Assembly (NCBI GenBank): GCA_963727525.1
Contig: CAVSGO010000007.1
Coordinates: forward strand, 672,001 to 736,000
Source: an uncultured bacterium
Lineage (GTDB): Bacteria > Krumholzibacteriota > Krumholzibacteriia > LZORAL124-64-63
Length of the DNA: 64,000 nucleotides
Reading direction: 5' to 3'
Below, in pieces: positions 28,836 through 39,323 of this stretch (position 1 is the stretch's first letter; every line of letters begins with the position of its first letter). The notes beneath the pieces are model-generated. The model was given only the letters and a program-made list of their open reading frames with translations. It did not search any database and was not told where the DNA came from. Made by a program: the position numbers and the translations under genes.

Positions 28836-29867
28836 GTGGAAGACCCGAGATGGACCGACCCGGCCGACCAGCCTGGTGACAGCGATCTCGATCGCAGCCT
28901 GCGGCCGCGTTCGCTGGACGAGTTCGTCGGGCAGGAGGCGGTGAAGGCCAACCTGCGCGTCTTCGTGGCGGCGGCCCGGCAGCGCGGCGAGGTGCTCGAC
29001 CACGTGCTGCTCTACGGTCCGCCCGGCCTGGGCAAGACCACTCTCGCGCAGATCCTGGCCCAGGAGATGGGCCTGGAGATGCGCCTTACCAGCGGACCGG
29101 CATTCCAGAACAGCGCCGAGCTGGTGGCCCTGCTCTCGGAGCAGAGCGAGCCGCGCCTTCTCTTCATCGACGAGATCCACCGCCTCAACCGGGTCATCGA
29201 GGAGCACCTGTACCCGGCGATGGAGGACTGGCGCGTCGAACTGGTCATCGACAAGGGCCCGGCCGCGCGGCATTTCAACCTGCAACTCGAGCCGTTCACC
29301 CTGGTGGGCGCCACGACGCGCGCGGGACTCATCACGCCCGCGCTGCGCAGCCGTTTCGGCATCGTCTGCCATCTCGACTTCTATCCCGCCCCTGAGCTCG
29401 CACGCATCGTCTCGCGCTCGGCGCGGCTGCTGCGCATCGCCGTCACGGACGAGGGGGCCCTGGAGATCGCGCGGCGCAGCCGCGGCACGCCGCGCGCCGC
29501 CAACCGCCTCCTGCGGCGGGTGCGCGATTTCGCCCAGGTCGACGGTCATGACACCATTGACCGCGCGGCCGCCGACCACGGGCTCGCTGCCCTGGGCGTC
29601 GACGCGCTCGGTCTCGAACCCCTCGACCGCCGCTACTTGCAGATCGTGGTCGAGCACTTCGGCGGCGGTCCGGTGGGCATCCAGAATCTCTCGGTATCCC
29701 TCGGCGAGGAGAGCGACACCCTGGAGGATGTGGTGGAACCCTTCCTCATCCAGAGCGGCCTCCTGCAGCGCACGCCGCGCGGGCGCGAGATCACCGCCAG
29801 CGGCTACCGTCACCTCGGCCTCGAGACGCCACGCCGCGGAGCCGACGCGCAGGGGGAGCTGCTCTGA
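28836..29867 (+). CDS. ruvB: Holliday junction helicase RuvB
   Basis: [41 protein letters not shown]. Confidence 0.97.
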   Translation: MEDPRWTDPADQPGDSDLDRSLRPRSLDEFVGQEAVKANLRVFVAAARQRGEVLDHVLLYGPPGLGKTTLAQILAQEMGLEMRLTSGPAFQNSAELVALLSEQSEPRLLFIDEIHRLNRVIEEHLYPAMEDWRVELVIDKGPAARHFNLQLEPFTLVGATTRAGLITPALRSRFGIVCHLDFYPAPELARIVSRSARLLRIAVTDEGALEIARRSRGTPRAANRLLRRVRDFAQVDGHDTIDRAAADHGLAALGVDALGLEPLDRRYLQIVVEHFGGGPVGIQNLSVSLGEESDTLEDVVEPFLIQSGLLQRTPRGREITASGYRHLGLETPRRGADAQGELL

Positions 29868-29868
29868 G

Positions 29869-31062
29869 ATGGCCCGCGTTCCGGGCGACTACCACTTCGA
29901 CCTGCCGGCGGAGCTGATCGCGCAGGACCCGACGCCCGAACGGGCGGACTCGCGTCTGTTGCGCGTCGTGCGCGGCGGCGGCGTGTTGGGCGAGACGGCC
30001 TTCGCCGCCCTGCCCACGCTGCTGGCACCCGGCGATCTGCTGGTGGCCAACGACAGCCGCGTACTGCCCGCGCGCCTGCGCACCGTCCGCACGGACACGG
30101 GCGGCCGCGTGGAGGTGCTGCTGGTGCAACCGGCGCCAGCGGGGGAGAACGCCTGGCTCGCCCTCGCGCGCCCCACGCGGCGGCTGCGCGAGGGGCTGCA
30201 CCTGCGCATCGCCGCGCCGGACGGCGCGGTCCTCAGCGACATCCTGCTGCGCCTCGATGCGGTCGGCGACGCGGGCGAGATCACGGTGAGTGCTGCGGGG
30301 CACGATCTCGTGGACGTCGCCGACCAGTGGGGCGACATCCCGCTGCCGCCGTACATCCGCCGCGACACGAGCGCGCCCGACGCGGCCGCCCACCGTGCCC
30401 GCGACCGCGCGCGCTACCAGACCGTCTACGCCCGTGCCGCCGATCTGCCCGGCGCGTCGGTGGCCGCACCCACAGCCGGCCTACATTTCACGCCTGCGGT
30501 GCTCGATGCTCTCGCGGCACACGGGGTGGTTCTGGCGCGGGTCACCCTGCACGTGGGGCCCGGCACGTTCCGGCCGCCCACTGCGGACCAGATCGCGCAT
30601 GGGCGTCTGCATCCTGAGATCTTCCGCTTTCCGGCCACGCTCGACGCGCAACTCGCGGCCACTCGCGCGCGCGGCGGCCGGGTGATCGCCGTGGGAACGA
30701 CGAGCCTGCGCGTGCTGGCAACGCGCGCGGGCCTCGGATTGCCCACCGAGGCGCCGATGTCCACGGTGGTGCCGCACGACGACGCCGACGCCGTCTTTCG
30801 CGGCGTCGCCGTGCGCGAGGCGGCGGGCTGGCGCGTCGAGGGCGTCACGCGGCTCTTCATCCAGCCGCCGCAGACGGTCACCGCGGTCGACGGACTGCTC
30901 ACGAACTTCCATCTGCCAAGCTCGAGCCTGCTGATGCTGGTGGCAGCCTTCACGGGCGACGGGTCGTGGCGAGCCGCCTACGCCGAGGCCCTGGCGCGGC
31001 GGTTGCGCTTCTTCAGCTACGGCGACGCCATGCTCATCCTGCCGGAAGGATCCCGTGCATGA
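29869..31062 (+). CDS. queA: SAM:tRNA ribosyltransferase-isomerase QueA
   Basis: PLPPYI, RYQTVYA, AAPTAGLHFT, TNFHLP, FFSYGDAM. Confidence 0.96.
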   Translation: MARVPGDYHFDLPAELIAQDPTPERADSRLLRVVRGGGVLGETAFAALPTLLAPGDLLVANDSRVLPARLRTVRTDTGGRVEVLLVQPAPAGENAWLALARPTRRLREGLHLRIAAPDGAVLSDILLRLDAVGDAGEITVSAAGHDLVDVADQWGDIPLPPYIRRDTSAPDAAAHRARDRARYQTVYARAADLPGASVAAPTAGLHFTPAVLDALAAHGVVLARVTLHVGPGTFRPPTADQIAHGRLHPEIFRFPATLDAQLAATRARGGRVIAVGTTSLRVLATRAGLGLPTEAPMSTVVPHDDADAVFRGVAVREAAGWRVEGVTRLFIQPPQTVTAVDGLLTNFHLPSSSLLMLVAAFTGDGSWRAAYAEALARRLRFFSYGDAMLILPEGSRA

Positions 31063-32255
31063 GCCTCCAGACCCCGTTCTCCTTCACTGTCGGCACCCGC
31101 GACTCGCGCTCACGCGCGCGGCTGGGCACCCTCGTCACGCCGCACGCCACGGTAGCCACGCCGGTGTTCATGCCGGTGGGTACGGCGGGTGCGGTGAAGG
31201 CCGTCACCTTCGACCAGGTCGCTGCGGCGGGGTACCGACTCATCCTCGGCAACACGTACCATCTCTACCTGCGGCCCGGCCACGGGTTGATCGAGGCGCT
31301 GGGCGGGTTGCACCGCTTCCAGGGCTGGTCGGGCGCGCTGCTCACCGACAGCGCCGGGTTCCAGGTCTTCTCGCTCGCCGGTCTGACCAGGGTGACGGAG
31401 GAGGGGGTGCACCTGCGCTCGCACCTCGACGGCAGTCCGCACTTCTTCACGCCCGAGCTGAGCATGGAAGTGCAGCTCGCTCTGGGCGCCGACATCGTCA
31501 TGGCGTTCGACGAGTGCGTGCCCTTCGGCGCCGACGCGACGGCGGTGGCGCACGGCGTGGATCGCACGACGCGCTGGCTGCAGCGCTGCATCGATACCTT
31601 CGGGCCCGACGGCCGCACCACGCGCTCGGGTTATGAGCGCGTGCTCTTCGGGATCATGCAGGGCGGTATCGACCCGGCTCAGCGCCGTCGCTCCGCGGCC
31701 GACCTCGTGGACCTCGACCTGCCGGGCTACGCCATCGGCGGCCTCTCCGTGGGCGAGCCGCCCGCCGCGATGCACGAGACCTGCGCGCTGGCGGCCGACC
31801 TCTTGCCCGATGACAGGCCGCGCTATCTCATGGGCGTGGGCTTTCCCGACGATCTGCTCGCCGGCGTGGAAGCGGGCGTCGACATGTTCGACTGCGTTTT
31901 GCCCACGCGCATGGCCCGCACAGGTACGGTGATGACCTGGGATGGCCGCCTGGTGATTCGCAACGGCGAGTTCGCGCGCGACGACCGGCCCATAGACGCC
32001 ACCTGCGGCTGCCCCGCCTGCCGCAACCACACACGCGCCTACCTGCGCCACCTGTTCAACGTGCGCGAGATCCTCGGCCCCGTGCTCGCGACGCTGCACA
32101 ATCTGCGGTTCTACGCGGAGCTGATGCACGGCGTGCGCGAGGCGCTGGCTGCGGGGCGCTTCGGCCCGTACGCCACGGGAGTGCGAACCCGCTGGCGCGA
32201 TGGGGAGGCGGCCCGGCTGGCGCGGGTGCGGGAGTTCCAACGACGGCCCCGGTGA
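31059..32255 (+). CDS. tgt: tRNA-guanine(34) transglycosylase
   Basis: TPVFMPVGT, NTYHL, TDSAGFQ, GGLSVGE, DMFDCVLPTR, CxCxxC...H zinc site. Confidence 0.96.
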   Translation: MSLQTPFSFTVGTRDSRSRARLGTLVTPHATVATPVFMPVGTAGAVKAVTFDQVAAAGYRLILGNTYHLYLRPGHGLIEALGGLHRFQGWSGALLTDSAGFQVFSLAGLTRVTEEGVHLRSHLDGSPHFFTPELSMEVQLALGADIVMAFDECVPFGADATAVAHGVDRTTRWLQRCIDTFGPDGRTTRSGYERVLFGIMQGGIDPAQRRRSAADLVDLDLPGYAIGGLSVGEPPAAMHETCALAADLLPDDRPRYLMGVGFPDDLLAGVEAGVDMFDCVLPTRMARTGTVMTWDGRLVIRNGEFARDDRPIDATCGCPACRNHTRAYLRHLFNVREILGPVLATLHNLRFYAELMHGVREALAAGRFGPYATGVRTRWRDGEAARLARVREFQRRPR

Positions 32256-32376
32256 CGGTCCGGAAGCTGGCCGGGCGGCGAATCGACAGTTGCTGCGGCC
32301 ACCGGGGGCGTGCATCTTAGGCGGGATACGGAAGTCTACCGGCCACCGGGCCGGTTCACCTGTGCGAGGAGGACCC

Positions 32377-32706
32377 ATGACCATCACGACCATGCTCGCC
32401 ATGGCCCAGGCACCGGCCGGCGGGAGCGGCCAGGGCCCGGGCGGCGTCACCGCCCTCATGAGCTTCCTGCCCCTCATCCTCATCTTCGTGGTCTTCTGGT
32501 TCCTGATCATCCGGCCGCAGCAGAAACAGCAGCGCCAGCGTCAGGCCATGATCGCTGCCGTCAAGAACGGCGATCGCATCGTCACCAGCGGCGGCCTCTT
32601 CGCCACCGTGAAGGACGTGAAGGACGATCGCGTGGTTGCTTTCATCTCCGACAGTGTGAAGGTGGAGATCGCCAAGAGCGCCATCAGCGGCGTCGTCGAA
32701 AAGTAG
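32377..32706 (+). CDS. yajC: Preprotein translocase subunit YajC
   Basis: FWFLIIRPQQK, GDRIVTSGGL; RBS GAGGAGG. Confidence 0.95.
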   Translation: MTITTMLAMAQAPAGGSGQGPGGVTALMSFLPLILIFVVFWFLIIRPQQKQQRQRQAMIAAVKNGDRIVTSGGLFATVKDVKDDRVVAFISDSVKVEIAKSAISGVVEK

Positions 32707-32713
32707 GCTGCCG

Positions 32714-33247
32714 TTGGCGGGCTCCTCGGAGGCGCTCTGCGAGATCATCCACTACGGCGATTTGCGGTTGCGGCAGCGTTGCCGCGACGTCGCCGCCGAC
32801 GAAGACGTAGGCTCGCTCGCCACGCGGATGTGGGCGACCCTGCGCGCGGCGAAGGGGATCGGACTCGCTGCGCCCCAGGTGGGCGACCTGCGGCGGCTCA
32901 TCGTCGTGCGTGACGCCCGCGTGAAGGCGCCGCATCGTCTCGTCCTGGTCAACCCCGTGATCACTGCATTCCACGGTCCACGGGTGCCGTTCGAGGAAGG
33001 TTGCCTGTCGTTTCCGGGGCTGTACATGCCCGTTCGCAGGCCGCGCGGGATCACCGTCCAGTTCCGCGACCCCGCCGGCGCGGCCCAGGAGATCAGCGAC
33101 GACGGCCTGCTGGCGCGCGTGGTGCAGCACGAGGTCGATCACCTGGACGGGATCCTCTTCATCGACCATCTTCCTCCCTGGCGTCGCTGGCTGCTTGCCT
33201 GGCGCCTCGAGCGGTTGCGTCGCGGACACGGAGGGACATCGGCGTGA
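32714..33247 (+). CDS. def: Peptide deformylase
   Basis: GIGLAAPQ, EGCLS, QHEVDHLDG. Confidence 0.96.
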   Translation: MAGSSEALCEIIHYGDLRLRQRCRDVAADEDVGSLATRMWATLRAAKGIGLAAPQVGDLRRLIVVRDARVKAPHRLVLVNPVITAFHGPRVPFEEGCLSFPGLYMPVRRPRGITVQFRDPAGAAQEISDDGLLARVVQHEVDHLDGILFIDHLPPWRRWLLAWRLERLRRGHGGTSA

Positions 33248-34185
33248 ATATCGTTTTCATGGGGTCGCCGACCTTTGCGATTCCCACGCTCGAAGCGCTC
33301 GTGGAAGCGCGCCATAACGTGCGCCTCGTCGTCACCCAGCCCGACCGGCCGGCCGGGCGCGGCCGCAAGGTGGTGGCCACCGCGATCAAGGACGCCGCCG
33401 GCGCGCAGGGGCTGGAGGTGCTCACCCAGGACAAGGGTGCGGCCGAGCGCGAGCGCATCACCGCTGCCGTCCTCGCCGCGCAGCCCGACGCCATCGTCGT
33501 CACCGCCTTCGGCCACATCCTTCGCCGGCCCCTCCTCGAGGGCACACGCCTGGGGTGCCTGAACGTGCACTTTAGCCTGCTGCCGCGCTGGCGCGGGGTC
33601 TCGCCGGTGCAGCATGCGCTGCTCCACGGCGACACCTGGACCGGCGTGACGATCATGCAGATGGACGCGGGAGTGGACACGGGGCCGATTCTCGGCCAGC
33701 AGTCCGTGGGCATCGGTCCCGACGACGACGCCGGCGAACTCTTCGACCGTCTCGCCGGCATTGGCGCCGACCTCGTGGTGCACACGCTGCGTCGGCTCGA
33801 AGCGGGGCAGATCTCCCCCATGCCGCAGACCGACGCCGGTGCGGTATATGCGCCGAAGCTGAGCAAGTCGCTTTCCCCGTTGCGCTGGGATCGCGACGTG
33901 GTGACGGTGCACAACCAGGTGCGCGCGCTCGAGCCCTATCCCGGCACCACCAGCTTCCTCGGCGAGAAGTTGCTGAAGATCGGCGCCGCCCGACCCTGGA
34001 GCTTCCACACGCCCGGGGTGGAGCCCGGCACCGTACACGCTGTCTCGCCCGACGGCATCCTCGTGGTCTGTGGAGCGGGTATCCTCGAGGTGACGCGCGT
34101 GCAGGCGCCAGGCCGCAAGATGCTCGACGTCGCCGAGTTCCTGCGCGGCTTCCCCGTGCAGCCGGGCCAGGTTTTCAAGTCGTGA
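33244..34185 (+). CDS. fmt: Methionyl-tRNA formyltransferase
   Basis: VFMGSP.FA, VVTQPDRPAGRG, NVHFSLLPRWRG, DTGPIL. Confidence 0.96.
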   Translation: MNIVFMGSPTFAIPTLEALVEARHNVRLVVTQPDRPAGRGRKVVATAIKDAAGAQGLEVLTQDKGAAERERITAAVLAAQPDAIVVTAFGHILRRPLLEGTRLGCLNVHFSLLPRWRGVSPVQHALLHGDTWTGVTIMQMDAGVDTGPILGQQSVGIGPDDDAGELFDRLAGIGADLVVHTLRRLEAGQISPMPQTDAGAVYAPKLSKSLSPLRWDRDVVTVHNQVRALEPYPGTTSFLGEKLLKIGAARPWSFHTPGVEPGTVHAVSPDGILVVCGAGILEVTRVQAPGRKMLDVAEFLRGFPVQPGQVFKS

Positions 34186-35531
34186 GCGCCGAGGTCCGTC
34201 GTCGCGAGGCGCTGCGGGTGGTGCAGGCCGTGTCGAAAGGTGCCAGCCTCGAGGGCGAACTGGCCGCTGCGCGCCGCCGGCTGCCGCCCGACGTGGAGCC
34301 GGGGTTCCTCGTGGAGCTCGTGCGCGGCGCCCTGCAGTGGCAGACGCGCTACGACCACCTCATCATCCATTTCAGTCGCCGCCACGCCACCCCCGACCCC
34401 GTGGTGCGCACCGTGCTGCACCTGGCGTTGCATCAGCTCGTGGGCATGCCCAACGTGCCTGCCTACGCGGCGATCCACCAGGCTGGCGAGCTCTGCCGCG
34501 CCGTGCATCGCTCGCGCGCGACCGGCTACGTGAACGGACTCCTGCAAAGCTGCGCCCGTGCGCTCGCGGCGCGACCCGGCGATGTCGAGAGCGCGTTGCG
34601 GCCGCTCTATCCGGATCCGACCGTCGATCCGGCCGGACACCTCGCCACGTGGTACTCGCACCCACGCTGGCTCGTGGAACGGTGGCTCGGTCGTTTCGGC
34701 TTCGTCGCGTGCGAGGCGCTGCTCGCGCACGCCAATGTCCTGCCGCCGGTCTGCCTGCACGTGCTCGCGCCACACGAGCCAGAGACGGCGCTGGCCGCCC
34801 TGGCGGAGGCGGGCATCGCGGCTACGCCGGGCACGCACCACCCGCGCGCTCTGGTGCTCGCCGAACGCCCCGACCGCACCACGCTGCTGCGCGCGCTCGC
34901 GGCGACGCCCGGACTCATCGTGCAGGACGAGGGTGCCCAGTTGGCGACCGCCTGGCTCGCCGACGATGTGCACGCGCCTCTGCTCGATCTCTGCGCCGCT
35001 CCCGGGGGCAAGACGTTCCATCTCGCCTCGCTGCTGCCGGCCGATGCGTTGGTGGTGGCGCACGACCTGCGACCTCGGCGCCTGTCTCTCGTGTGCGAGA
35101 CCGCGACCCGTTTGCTCGAGCCGCGTCTGCGCGCTCTGGCCGGCGACGGCACTCGCCCGGCGGTGCGGCCGGAAGCGTTCGCCACGGTGCTCGTCGACGG
35201 TCCCTGCAGCGGAACGGGCGTCATCCGGCACCATCCCGAAGGGCGGTGGCGGCTGCGGTCCGGCACGCTGGAGCGCAACGCGGAGCGCCTGCGTGACCTC
35301 GTGCTCGCCGCGGCGGACCTGGTGGCTCCTGGTGGCACCCTGTACTATGCTACCTGTTCGCTGGAGCCCGAGGAGAACGAGGATGTCGTGGATGCCGTCA
35401 TGGCGTCCCGCGGCGACCTCGCCTGGGCTCCGGCCAATGACGGCGCTAGTCAGCATCTCTGGCTTCCGCACGAGACGCACACGGATGGATTCTACGCGGC
35501 GCGCCTGCGCCGTCGGGACGGTTCGGCGTGA
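34182..35531 (+). CDS. rsmB: 16S rRNA m5C967 methyltransferase RsmB/Sun
   Basis: NusB-like N-terminus; DLCAAPGGKT; DGPCSGTG; YATCS. Confidence 0.9.
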   Translation: MSAEVRRREALRVVQAVSKGASLEGELAAARRRLPPDVEPGFLVELVRGALQWQTRYDHLIIHFSRRHATPDPVVRTVLHLALHQLVGMPNVPAYAAIHQAGELCRAVHRSRATGYVNGLLQSCARALAARPGDVESALRPLYPDPTVDPAGHLATWYSHPRWLVERWLGRFGFVACEALLAHANVLPPVCLHVLAPHEPETALAALAEAGIAATPGTHHPRALVLAERPDRTTLLRALAATPGLIVQDEGAQLATAWLADDVHAPLLDLCAAPGGKTFHLASLLPADALVVAHDLRPRRLSLVCETATRLLEPRLRALAGDGTRPAVRPEAFATVLVDGPCSGTGVIRHHPEGRWRLRSGTLERNAERLRDLVLAAADLVAPGGTLYYATCSLEPEENEDVVDAVMASRGDLAWAPANDGASQHLWLPHETHTDGFYAARLRRRDGSA

Positions 35532-36253
35532 AGGTCTGGAAGTTCTTGCTGCTGCTCGTCGGGCTCGTGATCACAAGCGGCCTCGGGCTGCTCGCCATCC
35601 ACTTGATCGTCATGCCCAGCATCGTCCACCGCCATGAGGTGGTGGCCATGCCCGATCTCACCGGCCTCACGATCGAGGACGCCGAGGCGCGCATGCACAA
35701 GGAGAACCTCGAAGTGGTGCAGACGCGCGAGCGCGCCCACCCGTCGATTCCCGCCGGCCGCATCATCGAGCAGACACCGTCGCCCGGCAGTCCCATCCGC
35801 GGCGGCCGTACGTTGAAGGTGGTCACCAGCAGCGGTCCACCGAGCGGAGCTGTGCCCGACCTCATCGGGCTGAGCCTGCACCAGGCCGAGGTCACGCTCC
35901 AGCGCGAGGTCTACCGCACCGGTCGGGTGGCGCACCTGCGCCGGCCCGACCTGAGCAGTCCGACGGTGATCTACCAGAATCCACCCGCGGGCCGCGCCGT
36001 GAGAAAAGGGCAGGTCGTCGATATGGTGCTCGGCGAGCCCGCGCCTCCGGAGGTGCTGCGCATGCCCGATCTGCGTGGCGCGGAGCTCTACCGCGCGCGC
36101 CAGGAGGTCACGGCCGCGGGCTGCGAACTCGCGCCCATCACCTACGAGCGTACCGCGGACACCCCGCCCAACACCGTCATCGCGCAAACGCCAGCGCCGG
36201 GCCTGCGCGTCACCAAGGGAGAGCGCATTGCACTGGTGGCTTCGTCACGCTGA
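35528..36253 (+). CDS. Membrane-anchored protein with three PASTA domains and no kinase domain
   Basis: N-terminal TM; three repeats starting MPDLTG, VPDLIG, MPDLRG, each with Q.P..G...G. Confidence 0.88.
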   Translation: MKVWKFLLLLVGLVITSGLGLLAIHLIVMPSIVHRHEVVAMPDLTGLTIEDAEARMHKENLEVVQTRERAHPSIPAGRIIEQTPSPGSPIRGGRTLKVVTSSGPPSGAVPDLIGLSLHQAEVTLQREVYRTGRVAHLRRPDLSSPTVIYQNPPAGRAVRKGQVVDMVLGEPAPPEVLRMPDLRGAELYRARQEVTAAGCELAPITYERTADTPPNTVIAQTPAPGLRVTKGERIALVASSR

Positions 36254-36902
36254 GCACCGCAACGCCGTCGCGCCGTCGCTGCTCTCGGCTGACTTCACCC
36301 GCCTGCGCGAGGACATCGCCTCGATGGTCGCCGTCGACGTGGACATGCTGCACCTCGACGTCATGGACGGCCACTTCGTGCCGAACCTCACCTTCGGGCC
36401 CGTCATCGCCAGGGCCATTCGCCAGTGCACCGACCTGCCGCTGGACACCCATTTGATGATCACGGATCCGGCGAAGTACGTGGAGGCCTTCGCGAAAGCC
36501 GGCGTCGACGCACTCACGATCCACATCGAGGCGAACAGCCCGATCGAGCCCACGCTGAAGCGCATCGGCGACCTGGGCTGCAAGCGCGGCCTATCCTTGA
36601 ACCCCGGCACCGACCTCGCCCGCATCGAGCCCCACCTGCCGCACGTCGACCTCGTGCTGGTGATGACCGTACAACCCGGCTTCGGCGGCCAGGAGTTCGA
36701 CCCGCGCGGCCTCGACAAGATCCGCGACCTGGTCGAGTGGCGCCGACACCACGGCGCGGAGTTCGCGATCTCCGTCGACGGCGGCGTGAACGCGCAGACC
36801 GCCCCGCGCTGCCTGGAGGCGGGGGCCGACATCCTGGTGTCGGGCTCGTACTTCTGCCACGCGAAGGACCGCGCCGCGGCCGCGGCGAGCCTGCGCCCGT
36901 AG
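36228..36902 (+). CDS. rpe: Ribulose-phosphate 3-epimerase (TTG start inferred)
   Basis: APSLLSADF, HLDVMDGHFVPNLTFG, MTVQPGFGGQ, VDGGV. Confidence 0.95.
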   Translation: MHWWLRHAEHRNAVAPSLLSADFTRLREDIASMVAVDVDMLHLDVMDGHFVPNLTFGPVIARAIRQCTDLPLDTHLMITDPAKYVEAFAKAGVDALTIHIEANSPIEPTLKRIGDLGCKRGLSLNPGTDLARIEPHLPHVDLVLVMTVQPGFGGQEFDPRGLDKIRDLVEWRRHHGAEFAISVDGGVNAQTAPRCLEAGADILVSGSYFCHAKDRAAAAASLRP

Positions 36903-36924
36903 GACTTGCGCCGGCGCAACTCCT

Positions 36925-37641
36925 TCAGAGCTTCTCCCAGATCCACCCCGGCATCGCCCGCATCGCCCACCCCACGATCGCCCAACGTCGCGTGACGTAA
37001 GCGTGCCGTGCGCGCCGGCGGATCGCGGCGTGGATCTGCCGCGCCGCCTCCTCGGGTGACGCCACCCAGAAGCGGTGGGGGCTCTTCGCCATCGCCGTGT
37101 CCACGAAGCCGGGCTTGATGTCGGTGACCGCGATCGGCAGGCCGGCGTGCCTGGCGTGGCCGCGCAGCCCCTCGAGGTAATTCGACAGGAACGCCTTGGA
37201 CGCGTTGTACGCGGGCGCGGTGCGGCTGCCCCGGTGCGCCGCGATCGACGAGATGCCGACGAGGTGCCCGCCGCCCACCGCGACGAAGTGCCGGTACGCG
37301 GCACCAGCGATCGCCGCGAAGCCGGCGACGTTCACGGCGATCGTCTCGCGCTCCTTCTCCCAGTCGAGATCGGGATTGACGTGACCGGTCCCCGCGTTGA
37401 CGACGACGAGATCGACACCGCCCATCGTCGTGATGAGGTCGGCCATGGCACGCAGGGCCGTGTGGTGCCCGGCCACGTCCATCGGTTGGGCGTAGGCCGG
37501 CCTGGGGAGCAGTGCCTGCAGCGCGTCGAGCCGATCCACGCGGCGGCCGGTGATCCCGACGGTGTAGCCCTGTTCGCCGAGGAGGAGGGCGAGTGCGCGC
37601 CCGATTCCGGATGTGGCGCCGATCACGATGGCTCTTGGCAT
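36925..37641 (-). CDS. SDR family NAD(P)-dependent oxidoreductase
   Basis: GATSGIG, VNAG, SS, YNASK, PGFVDT. Confidence 0.92.
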   Translation of the reverse strand: MPRAIVIGATSGIGRALALLLGEQGYTVGITGRRVDRLDALQALLPRPAYAQPMDVAGHHTALRAMADLITTMGGVDLVVVNAGTGHVNPDLDWEKERETIAVNVAGFAAIAGAAYRHFVAVGGGHLVGISSIAAHRGSRTAPAYNASKAFLSNYLEGLRGHARHAGLPIAVTDIKPGFVDTAMAKSPHRFWVASPEEAARQIHAAIRRRARHAYVTRRWAIVGWAMRAMPGWIWEKL

Positions 37642-37936
37642 GGTCGCTGGCTTTCGATGAAGGTTGATCTGCCGTTCAAGGATAGGGGATGATGACCCGC
37701 CGACAGTAGTGCGGACTTTCGGCCGCCTGTGTCGCCGCACCCTGGCGTTCGCCGCTTCGACCTTGCCCCAAGTCGTTCATTCTGCTATCTTTGCCGGTCC
37801 GTGCGCGGTCGCGGCGGGCCGCGAGGCCTGGCTGTGTCGTGTTGCTGTGTGTTGCAAGTGCTGGTATTCCTGAGGTTTGCGGCCGCTGGTTCATGCCGGC
37901 GGCACACTCCTTATATATGGTGGCGGAGGCTGTCCC

Positions 37937-39274
37937 GTGTTCCAGGAACTGACGCGCCGGCTCGAGCAGACGATGCGCAAGCTCGCCGGGCAGCAGACCC
38001 TGACCGAGGAGAACATCAAGGAGGCGTTGCGCGAGGTGCGCATGGCCCTCCTCGAGGCCGACGTCAACTATCAGGTGGCGAAGAACCTCGTGGGCGCCAT
38101 CGGCGACAGGGCCGTGGGGCAGGACGTGCTGCAGAGCCTCACGCCGGCGCAGCAGGTCATCAAGATCGTCAACGACGAGATCGTGAGGATCCTCGGCGGC
38201 GAGGCGACGCCCCTGAACGTGCCCACCGGCGGCATGGCCACGATCATGGTCATGGGTCTGCAGGGGTCGGGCAAGACGACGTTCTGCGGCAAGCTGGCAA
38301 AGAAGCTCCTCGCCGAGGGGCGTCGGCCCATGCTCGTCGCGGCCGACATCTACCGTCCGGCCGCCATCGATCAGCTCGAGATGATCGGCAAGCAGGTGGG
38401 CGTGCCCGTGCACGCCGATCGCGTCAAGATGAGCGCGCCGCAGATCGTGAAGCTGGGCCAGCGCCGCGCGCGCGACAACAAGTGCGACGTGCTCATCGTC
38501 GACACCGCCGGCCGCCTGCACATCGACGACACGCTGCTGGGCGAACTGCGCGACATCGATCGTACCGTGCCCATCGACGAGAAACTGCTCGTGCTCGATG
38601 CGATGACCGGCCAGGCGGCCGTCACCATCGCCGAGCGGTTCGCCAGCGAGGTTGGCTTCGACGGCGCGGTCCTCACCAAGCTCGACGGCGATGCGCGTGG
38701 CGGCGCGGCCCTGTCGGTCCGCGAGATCACGGGCAAGCCGATCAAGCTGGTGGGCGTCGGTGAGAAGCTCGATGACCTCGAGGTCTTCCATCCCGACCGC
38801 ATGGCGAGCCGCATCCTCGGCATGGGCGACGTGCTCACGCTTATCGAGCAGGCCCAGGGCAAGATGGACATGGACGAGGCGCAGCACCTGGCCGAGCGAT
38901 TCAGCCGCGGCGAGTTCACCCTTGAGGACTTCCAGCGTCAGATGAAGCAGGTCAAGCGCATGGGGTCCTTCAAGGGATTGCTCGGCATGCTGCCGGGCCT
39001 GGGCGGTGGCGCCCTCGACAAGGTCGATGTCGAGGAGGGCCAGTTCGCGCGCGTCGAGGCGATCATCAACTCGATGACGCCGCTGGAGCGCCGCAAGCCC
39101 GACGTGATCAACGGTTCGCGCCGCAAACGCATCGCGCGCGGTAGCGGGACCAACGTGTCGCAGGTGAACAAGCTGCTCAAGCAGTACCGCGACATGAAAC
39201 GCATGATGAAAGAGATCAACGCAGCCGGAGGGCTGCAGGAGTTCGGACGCCGCGTGCTCGGCGGCCGGAACTGA
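37937..39274 (+). CDS. ffh: Signal recognition particle protein Ffh
   Basis: ALLEADV, GLQGSGKTT, DTAGR, TKLDGDARGG, RILGMGD, M domain. Confidence 0.98.
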   Translation: MFQELTRRLEQTMRKLAGQQTLTEENIKEALREVRMALLEADVNYQVAKNLVGAIGDRAVGQDVLQSLTPAQQVIKIVNDEIVRILGGEATPLNVPTGGMATIMVMGLQGSGKTTFCGKLAKKLLAEGRRPMLVAADIYRPAAIDQLEMIGKQVGVPVHADRVKMSAPQIVKLGQRRARDNKCDVLIVDTAGRLHIDDTLLGELRDIDRTVPIDEKLLVLDAMTGQAAVTIAERFASEVGFDGAVLTKLDGDARGGAALSVREITGKPIKLVGVGEKLDDLEVFHPDRMASRILGMGDVLTLIEQAQGKMDMDEAQHLAERFSRGEFTLEDFQRQMKQVKRMGSFKGLLGMLPGLGGGALDKVDVEEGQFARVEAIINSMTPLERRKPDVINGSRRKRIARGSGTNVSQVNKLLKQYRDMKRMMKEINAAGGLQEFGRRVLGGRN

Positions 39275-39323
39275 ACGCGCGGCGCATGGGGCGCGGCGCG
39301 ACACCACGTGTGGGAGGTCGATA

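Noticed and set aside
31340-31370. Tgt DSAGFQ instead of DSGGFQ, suggesting altered specificity
   Set aside because: Catalytic Asp residues and the preQ1-type Cys/Val (DEC, GLSVG) are retained, and queA is adjacent.
37790-37936. SRP RNA (ffs) upstream of ffh
   Set aside because: The helix-8 signature (CAGG...GNRA...AGCAG) is not visible.
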